A stretch of 63,657 nucleotides of DNA, counting the filler. It is 16 parts of 16 records of this genome, joined end to end, with 100 filler letters (N's around TTAATTAATTAA, not from the genome) between each part and the next. Parts side by side here need not be neighbours in the genome. Positions count along the whole stretch, not along the records: positions 56,260 to 59,478 come from SRR15195285_21156; positions 59,579 to 63,657 come from SRR15195285_21203; 14 more parts are not named here. One strand, given 5' to 3'. Below, in pieces: positions 56,869 to 63,657 of this stretch; within the stretch, counting starts at the first letter, position 1; each line of letters starts with the position of its first letter. Position numbers and translations under genes: made by a program. Below the pieces are notes generated by a model. That model saw only the letters and a list, made by a program, of their open reading frames with translations, did not search any database and had not been told where the DNA came from.

Positions 56869-59052
56869 CTCAGGGTGGAAGACGCGCTTGCGTACTTGGA
56901 GCGTGTCAAGGCCACCTTTCCGTCCGACCCAGGCGTCTACAGCGACTTCCTAGATACCATGAAGGACTTCAATAACAAGTTGATCGACAAGACCGGTGTG
57001 ATCCGCCGCGTCGTGCAGCTCTTTGGCCACGCGCATATGGAGCTGATCCTGCAGTTCAACACGTTCCTGCCCGCCGGCTACAAGATTGACGTGGCTGACC
57101 TGAACGATCCAAGCCATCCCGCGTTTTGCCCGCTGCAACCGCAGCAGGTCCAGCAGGTCCAGAACTTTGTCGTGGAAGAGGCGGACGCCCCGAGTTGTCA
57201 CACCGAGATACACCCGGATTCGCAGCGACCACCCAGCGTCAGCTTCGACGATATGGCGCCAGCGGGTGGCGCGTCTCAGCACAACGCAGGAACTTTCTGC
57301 TTCAATGGGGCCCTAGATTGTGCGCCTCTTACTACCGCTTACGTAAAGTCGCGGTGGGTTAAGGTCTACAGCGAGGGGCGCGTGTACTACAAGAAGCCCC
57401 CGCCTTTCAACGTTGCCGCACTTCAAGCCTCTGCCACCACTCTGAGTCTCGTCGCACCGGCGGAGGGCGTTTCAGAGGAGCACGATGAAGCGGATACAGT
57501 GCTATTTGAGGAAGAGTTCATTAGGGCAGGCAAGATGGACGCGGGCGAGATCAACTTACGTTCGGCATGGATCAAATACATCTGCGAAGACAAGCGCGTG
57601 TACTTCTTCAACACGGTCACCTCAATCTACTCCTTCAGGGCGCCTGCGGAGAAGGTCAAAGATGAGGTCAACTGTTCACTTGCTGCGCCGACGAACGGAA
57701 GGGCCAGCGAGCATAGATATGCACATCACGAAGATTTTGAGAAGGGGTTCATCAGAGCAGGCAGGATGGACTCTGGCGAGATCAATTTGCGTTCACTGTG
57801 GATCAAGTGCACCTGCGAGGACGAGCGTGCGTACTTCTTGAACCAACTCACCTCAGGTTTCTCCCTGCAGACGCCAAAAGAGGGCGTGAGCAAGGAGACG
57901 GATATGGATCAGCACGTGTTCGAAAGCACTTGGGAGCTGTTGAACAACACTTCATATCTGGCCATTGCTGACCTACACCCTGTACATTTCTCAGGCAAGC
58001 AGTCGACCTCACCGTGGATGCCGAGCTCCTGGCAGAAGGTTCGGGCGGCGCAGCGCCGGCTTGCCTTGGCGTACTCCTTGCGGCCTTGTGGCGTCGATAC
58101 TGTGGACGAGGTCGCAAGCTTATCTTCGATGGCAGTAGATCTAATTGACCGAGTCGGCTCCTACATCAGGCTGCCGACACCATCCGAGCTATGGGCGCAG
58201 CAGAAGGCACACGTGCGGGCATTGGTTCCTGGCACTGTGGTAACATTTGCAGGCACGTGTAAGCACATTCCCAATGGCACCGCGGGCGAGATCGAGAAGA
58301 CCTTGGAGAATCTGGTGCCACGATCGGAGCGGACATGCGTAACAGTGCGGTTTCCCATCATTTCGCCAGAACATCAGTTCTTGTGGCCGATGCAGCCACA
58401 TCAGCTTGAGCTCGCGAAACCAGAGCAGGTGGTGCAGTGGCAGACAACCAAGGCCGAGCTGAAAGCGAAGGTGGCGTCCCACTTAAGTACGCTGGTTATC
58501 GGCGCTGCGGTGACGTTCAAAGGCACGAATGACAATTTCCCGGAGGGCACAGTGGGCAGGGTTGTCAAGTTCAGGGACAACGGCTACAGGGGAGTGCGTT
58601 GTTTGAAGGGCACATGGACATTCACGCCGGAGCAGCTTTTACTTGCCACATCGCAGCAGGTTTTGCAGTGGGAGGCAGTGCAGGAGCTCTTCGCAATGTT
58701 CGATGCAGACTTAGACGGGCGGTTGAGCAAGGCCGAGTACAAGAGCTACTTGCAGAGGATTGGCCTGTGGGGAACGAATGGGTTGACGGACGAGAGTTAT
58801 GACAAAGTTGGGTGGCCACAGCAATGTTTTACCTTGCAATGCTCCACTGATGGGCCGACTCTAGAAGTGTTCGCGAAGCTCTACCACAGGTTTCGTACGG
58901 GAAAGGCGCAGGCAGACCTTGTCAACTGTACCGTATCAGTTGCTTGCGAGAAACTCACGATATCAGCAGAAACTACGAGCCAGCCTCGTGACTGCCGCGG
59001 CAGCTTCAGGACGCCGAGCTCTGGACAACTACGGCGCATACAATCGATGTAG
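56869..59052 (+). CDS. Sin3-type PAH domain, three WW-like repeats, two SH3-like repeats and an EF-hand; start uncertain
   Basis: [15 protein letters not shown]...P.VY.DFL..MKDF...VI.RV.QLF.H...LI..FNTFLP.GYKI matches PAH1. Internal repeats and EF-hand [13 protein letters not shown]. Possible first exon from ATG 56669 via intron 56732-56868. Confidence 0.75.
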   Translation, partial: LRVEDALAYLERVKATFPSDPGVYSDFLDTMKDFNNKLIDKTGVIRRVVQLFGHAHMELILQFNTFLPAGYKIDVADLNDPSHPAFCPLQPQQVQQVQNFVVEEADAPSCHTEIHPDSQRPPSVSFDDMAPAGGASQHNAGTFCFNGALDCAPLTTAYVKSRWVKVYSEGRVYYKKPPPFNVAALQASATTLSLVAPAEGVSEEHDEADTVLFEEEFIRAGKMDAGEINLRSAWIKYICEDKRVYFFNTVTSIYSFRAPAEKVKDEVNCSLAAPTNGRASEHRYAHHEDFEKGFIRAGRMDSGEINLRSLWIKCTCEDERAYFLNQLTSGFSLQTPKEGVSKETDMDQHVFESTWELLNNTSYLAIADLHPVHFSGKQSTSPWMPSSWQKVRAAQRRLALAYSLRPCGVDTVDEVASLSSMAVDLIDRVGSYIRLPTPSELWAQQKAHVRALVPGTVVTFAGTCKHIPNGTAGEIEKTLENLVPRSERTCVTVRFPIISPEHQFLWPMQPHQLELAKPEQVVQWQTTKAELKAKVASHLSTLVIGAAVTFKGTNDNFPEGTVGRVVKFRDNGYRGVRCLKGTWTFTPEQLLLATSQQVLQWEAVQELFAMFDADLDGRLSKAEYKSYLQRIGLWGTNGLTDESYDKVGWPQQCFTLQCSTDGPTLEVFAKLYHRFRTGKAQADLVNCTVSVACEKLTISAETTSQPRDCRGSFRTPSSGQLRRIQSM

Positions 59053-60153
59053 TCGCCGGGCGCGTGCAAACGCAAGAGCTACGACAGCGTCCAGAAAAAC
59101 GGTGTTTGTGGCTCGTGGGACAATGCAGCTCTACATTTATGTATTTCTCCTCCCCACACCGTACAAACGAGTCACATCACACCTTAGTAGACATACTCTT
59201 TCAGATCGCGATCACCCAGGCTATCATGGTGTTGCGTGGATCCGTCTCATTTTGAACTGCGTTTGCCTCAGCCACCATCCTGTGCCTTCTTTTGTCGCAG
59301 CTTGCGATCCACAACGCTATTATCGAGCGCCTTCTTCAGAGCCGACATGGATGGCAAAGCCATATGTAAACCAGAACGCCAGCAAGCCCTCCGTCTCTGT
59401 GATGATGTCCTCGTCAGCTTGTAGAGAGACATAGACACGCTTAGCACACGCACGCACCAACCGTCATTAACGCGTCAGNNNNNNNNNNNNNNNNNNNNNN
59501 NNNNNNNNNNNNNNNNNNNNNNTTAATTAATTAANNNNNNNNNNNNNNNNNNNNNNNNNNNNNNNNNNNNNNNNNNNNGGTATGAATTTCAATATTGATT
59601 TGTATAAGGGTAGGTTCTGCGTGGTATTGTAAGGAAGGGGGAAGTGCGCGTGGGGAAGCCCCTGGGAATCGAGTGGGAATTGCCATCGCGTCAGGCGATT
59701 TCGTTTTTAGCGTCAGGGGATTTGCCTGCTGACGGTGTTGAATTTTCAGACACTTGCATTTCAGAATTCACCGCGTTCTGCACGAGGACCTGTGGACGAG
59801 AGCAACCGCCCATCAAACTCGTAGTGAATACTGCAGAAATCACTTAAGGATCTTTGAAGTCGGGCAGGTGAGATTACGAGATCGATACACTACCGGATTA
59901 GAATCGCTGCTGGTCGTAGGAACGGTGACCAACAATCATATCATCATGTGTCACAGGCTGGGTCAGGATTTACAATTCAATTCCCTTCCCCAGCAGAGTC
60001 AAAACAATACTAACATATTCTGTACTGGGAAATCCTCGAGACAAATCAGCGATTCGAGGTGATCAGCGGCATTTATCAGTGAGTTTTACGTGCTCCCAAC
60101 GATTCCAACCCACCCAGCCTGTGACGGTCGCACACCTCACGCCGCGCGCACCG

Positions 60154-61814
60154 ATGGCGTCGCTGCTGGGCGTGGCCGCCTCAGTGCTGCTCGTGCTGTG
60201 CGCCGTGGCCGGTGGCACGAGTCCACGGACCACTCGCCCGACACTGCGCGTCGTCGTCGGCCCTCCACTCGCCGGGTTGCCGCCCGTCGCCCCGAACTTT
60301 GTGGGCTTCAGCCTCGAGATCTACAACGTCGAGGCGATGATCGGCCGGGCGGGCGACACGCCGCGCCAGTCCTACGCGCAGCTCCTGCGCAACCTGCACT
60401 CGCTAAGCGCTGGCCCACACGCGGGTCCCACGCTGCGCCTGGGCGGCAATTCCGCGGAGCAGACGTGCTTCGTCGCGGCCGGCGCTGCACCGCCGAACTC
60501 GACGCACTGCGCGCAGAACGTCACCGCAGCGGATCTGGGCGCCTACCGCCGCTTCGCCGCGATCGCGCCCAATATCAGCTACGTGATAGACACGAACCTC
60601 ATGCAGGGCGACCCTGCCGTCGGCGCAGCGCACATCGCCGCACTGGGTGCAGCGGGACTCTGGCCACACATCCAGGCAATCGAACTGGGGAACGAGTGCG
60701 ACCATTGGCCGGCCGACGTGCAGCTGAAATTCCCGGACTACGAACGTCGCTTCGCCGCGTTCGCTGAGGCCTACACAGCCGCTGGCATGCCTCGGAAGAT
60801 GATCCAGGGCGCTACTTTCTGCTGCCTGAACCCAGCGTACCTCCTGGGCTTGCGAGGCTATGCGAAGCGCTTCGTCTCCTCGCTCAAGACAGTCAGCTAC
60901 CACCGATACGCCGCGAGCCACTGCGGCTCGCCCAACCTCACGGCCGGGGCTCTGCTCGAGCGCAGCGCATCGGCGGGCCAAGCAGCAATCATGGGCGGCA
61001 TCGCCAAGGCGATTGCACCAGTTCCGCTGTGGGGTGGCGAGGTCAACAGTTGCAGCTGTGGCGGCTGCCCGAATGTCTCGGACACCTTCGCGTCTACGCT
61101 CTGGGTCCTGGACTTCCTGAGTGAGCTGAGCAAGGCGGGCGTGCAAGGTGTGCACTTTCATGGCGGTCCGACGGTGAGATCTCTGGCCACTGGCGTGCGG
61201 CTAGTTGATGGCAAGCTCTGTACTAACGTGCGCCCTCGTGCTACTAGGATGTCTACTCGCCTATCAAGTACACCCCGACAGGACAGCTCAGCTTCGTCTC
61301 GCCGCTCTACGTCGGGCTCCTCGCATGGTCAGAGCTGGTTGCCAACTCGTCTCGCTGGCTGAGTGCAGATGTGACACCCTCGGCGCCGATGAGAAACTCG
61401 TGGGCACATGCGACGCTCAGCACGGAGGCAAGGGAGCTCACAGCCTGTACGGTGCTGCGTGTCCTCGTCATCGCAAAAGATGATCCAGACGCAGCCTCGT
61501 CGTCTGCATCGTTGGAGGATGACATTGCGGTGACTGTAAGCGTGCCCCCTGCGGTGATCTCGAAGCCACCGGCACACGCTAGACTGCTGTACCTCACGGC
61601 ACCGGCGCTGAGTAGCAGGAGCGACGTCGATTGGGCGGGGCAGTCGTGGGGGAATCGCTACTGGAGCAGCACGGACGGGCGGCCGATAGGGACGCGGACT
61701 GCGGACGTGGTCGTGGCTCAAACATCAGGGATGTACTCTTTCACGCTTCCGCAGCTCTCAGCAGCTATCCTAGTGGTGGAGACATGCAGTGGCACTGTAC
61801 AATCTGAACAATAA
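60154..61814 (+). CDS. Secreted GH79 beta-glucuronidase/heparanase-like enzyme; 2 exons
   Basis: Signal peptide; FVGFSLE, LRLGGNS, ELGNE (acid/base), WGGEVNS..GG..NVSDTFASTLWVLD (nucleophile), FH, PLYVGL. Intron 61174-61247 with a TACTAAC branch point. Confidence 0.9.
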
Positions 61815-62343
61815 ACTATGCCGCACAAGTAAAGGTACCACAGCTATCATTAATTTTGCAAACGTTGCTACGCATGCTGCCCCCGGTGTCACACGCGGCG
61901 ACCCATCTAGAATGGTTCTGTATTCCGCTCACTGAGTGATTACAGTTCTGATGAGCACCAGCTGGCTCCATACAGTTTACCACATAGGTGACTGATTGGG
62001 TTTCGAAAGAGCGCACGAAGCTGTGATCCATCGTGCTTGATTGCCCCTTACCATTGTCTGCGTGCTAGAATGGACGCCCGCCATACGCTTGTTAGGTGAT
62101 ACGGTGCTAATAACGCTACAATTTCGCGCCGTTGTTCTCTTCGCTGCCTATGTGCAGAGCCAGCGCGGCTTCGATTGACTGCACAGCCGATCGTTCATAC
62201 TTGGCCATTTCCTCCACCTGACTTGCCGCCGCGGAGCAAGCTTGCTGCCAGCACAAAATCACAGCCGATCAAGAGCACGCAGACAATGGGCCAGAATAAT
62301 TGTGCAGGGATAGTGTGCTGCACGGAATGATTATGCGTAGAGG

Positions 62344-63552
62344 TTAGCGATGATGCCATGCTTGGCGGGGAGGGAAAGAACGCACCGTGTCGGATAGCCA
62401 CTCCGCCATTGGATCAGTCAACAAATCGACTGGCGCTGGCGATGTTTGCTGGCGGTGCCGATGGAGCGGCGCAAACGGACCAAACGCAGGCGATGAAGCT
62501 GCAAGAGCTGCTTCGTTGCGGTAGGCCCTGGCTGCTGAACGGAGTAGGGCGGCGGCAGCGCCTGGCATCGATGCTGCTGCCTGCTCGCAAAACGCTGCCG
62601 CTGCTGGGCGACAGTGTGCGATGTGGTACAGCTGCGATGCCATATTTCCCATTTCGTAGCAGGGAGATCCCTCGTACGGAGCTGGCACATCGAGGTGGGC
62701 TGGATAGCGCAACCGGCGGAGCGAGCGCGCCCACTCTTCGTACGCGGAAGCCCCAAAGTGATACACCTGCTTAATGGGAGGAGCTCTGTAAAGCTCGACA
62801 GCTAAGAGAAGAGTTATTCGTGCACTTTGCGATGCAGTTGGCCAATGAGCACGTCCGTTGGTAGCATCGGGACGAAGAAAGTAGAACGGATTGGCTGCCC
62901 AGCCGCCTCCACCCGAGTGCGCGACCCCTCGAACTTGCCCGTCTACGCAGTGGAAACCAGCATCGGCATCCACCGCGCCTGGGCTGACGCCTCGGACGAG
63001 CGACCATCGTGGCGACAAGCCTCCTTCGAACGGAGTTCCATCCTCGTTAGTCGAACTGAGGTCTCCAACGTGGCAGAGCATTGGGCCCTGTCGATTGTAG
63101 CCGATGACGAGGGAGTAGTTGCCGCAGTTCTCGATGGCTCCGGCTGTGAGTACAGGGTTGCCACTGTCGATTTGTGCGTACAGGCTTTCGAGGTCCGTTG
63201 CAGTGGTTGTGGCAGCATCCGGCCGCCGCATGTACATCCCTGTTGGTCCCTTGCCGCAGAATTCGTACGATAGTCCGCAACTGCGTGCAATGTTCGCAAC
63301 TGGATCTGTGGGGCTCTGCAGGTACGCCATTTCTTGCCAGTGCACGGCGTGGCAGATGTGAAACGCATCTCCAGACAGTGCACGCAGCAGCTCCAGCTGC
63401 TGCTCATCATCCATGCCTGTGGGCGGCGCGTGGAACTGCAGCAGTGCCCGAAAACCACGCAGGATGGCCTCGGAGAGCGGCACGCCGTTAAAGTCGCCAC
63501 AGGCGAGGCTGTCGCCGTCGAGTCGGTGGTGACTGCGCTGCGCCACTTGCAT
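62344..63552 (-). CDS. Bacterial-type BtrH_N / C39-peptidase-like fold protein; 3' exon uncertain
   Basis: LSGDAF, QIDSGNPVL, YSLVIGYN..G, GASAYEEWA and R.AAAAF. GTGCGT donor at about 62387. Confidence 0.45.
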   Translation of the reverse strand: MQVAQRSHHRLDGDSLACGDFNGVPLSEAILRGFRALLQFHAPPTGMDDEQQLELLRALSGDAFHICHAVHWQEMAYLQSPTDPVANIARSCGLSYEFCGKGPTGMYMRRPDAATTTATDLESLYAQIDSGNPVLTAGAIENCGNYSLVIGYNRQGPMLCHVGDLSSTNEDGTPFEGGLSPRWSLVRGVSPGAVDADAGFHCVDGQVRGVAHSGGGGWAANPFYFLRPDATNGRAHWPTASQSARITLLLAVELYRAPPIKQVYHFGASAYEEWARSLRRLRYPAHLDVPAPYEGSPCYEMGNMASQLYHIAHCRPAAAAFCEQAAASMPGAAAALLRSAARAYRNEAALAASSPAFGPFAPLHRHRQQTSPAPVDLLTDPMAEWLSDTVRSFPPRQAWHHR

Positions 63553-63657
63553 CGTATCGCTGGCGATCCGAGCGACGGACCGGCGCGGCCGCGGCGCTAC
63601 TGTATGCTGCTGGCGGCGCCGGCGCGAGCGCACCCGGTAGTCAAGGCTTGAGGAGTT

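Noticed and set aside
5322-59578. Regularly repeated TTAATTAATTAA flanked by Ns, superficially like an array or TTAA transposon target sites
   Set aside because: It is an identical synthetic 100-nt linker. ORFs ending in X..LIN are artefacts, and cross-spacer gene neighbourhoods are meaningless.
1-63657. CRISPR arrays, rRNA/tRNA genes, telomeric tracts and introner-like repeated introns
   Set aside because: None seen by eye. Introns share only splice signals, and the short tandem repeats have no spacers.

Overview
This window is not contiguous genome. It is 16 short contigs (about 3-6 kb) joined by 15 artificial 100-nt spacers (44 N + TTAATTAATTAA + 44 N), so gene adjacency is meaningful only within a contig. 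The DNA is eukaryotic and GC-rich, with frequent short GT-AG introns (about 54-167 nt; GTGCGY/GTRAG donors, CTRAC branch points). It carries the housekeeping genes RPN5 and COX6A. About 24 protein genes or fragments are visible. Six are secreted carbohydrate-active enzymes (S1 sulfatase, GH32-like, GH79 and three bacterial-type putative glycoside hydrolases), and many of the rest are unusual multidomain mosaics. This fits a marine heterotrophic protist SAG/MAG; Picozoa is only a guess. The strongest finding is a PINK1-family kinase fused in one intronless ORF to a ubiquitin-like domain that retains the Ser65-equivalent (the residue PINK1 phosphorylates), with EF-hands and a Neuralized-like domain. 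Other leads are a degenerate Hsp90 ATPase/voltage-sensor/EsV-1-7 membrane protein, a two-GH fusion joined by an LKTDD linker, a U-box/GTPase/EcsC fusion, and GTAC/TpA-palindrome blocks in upstream regions. All domain calls come from reading motifs by eye against remembered consensus sequences; no searches were run.
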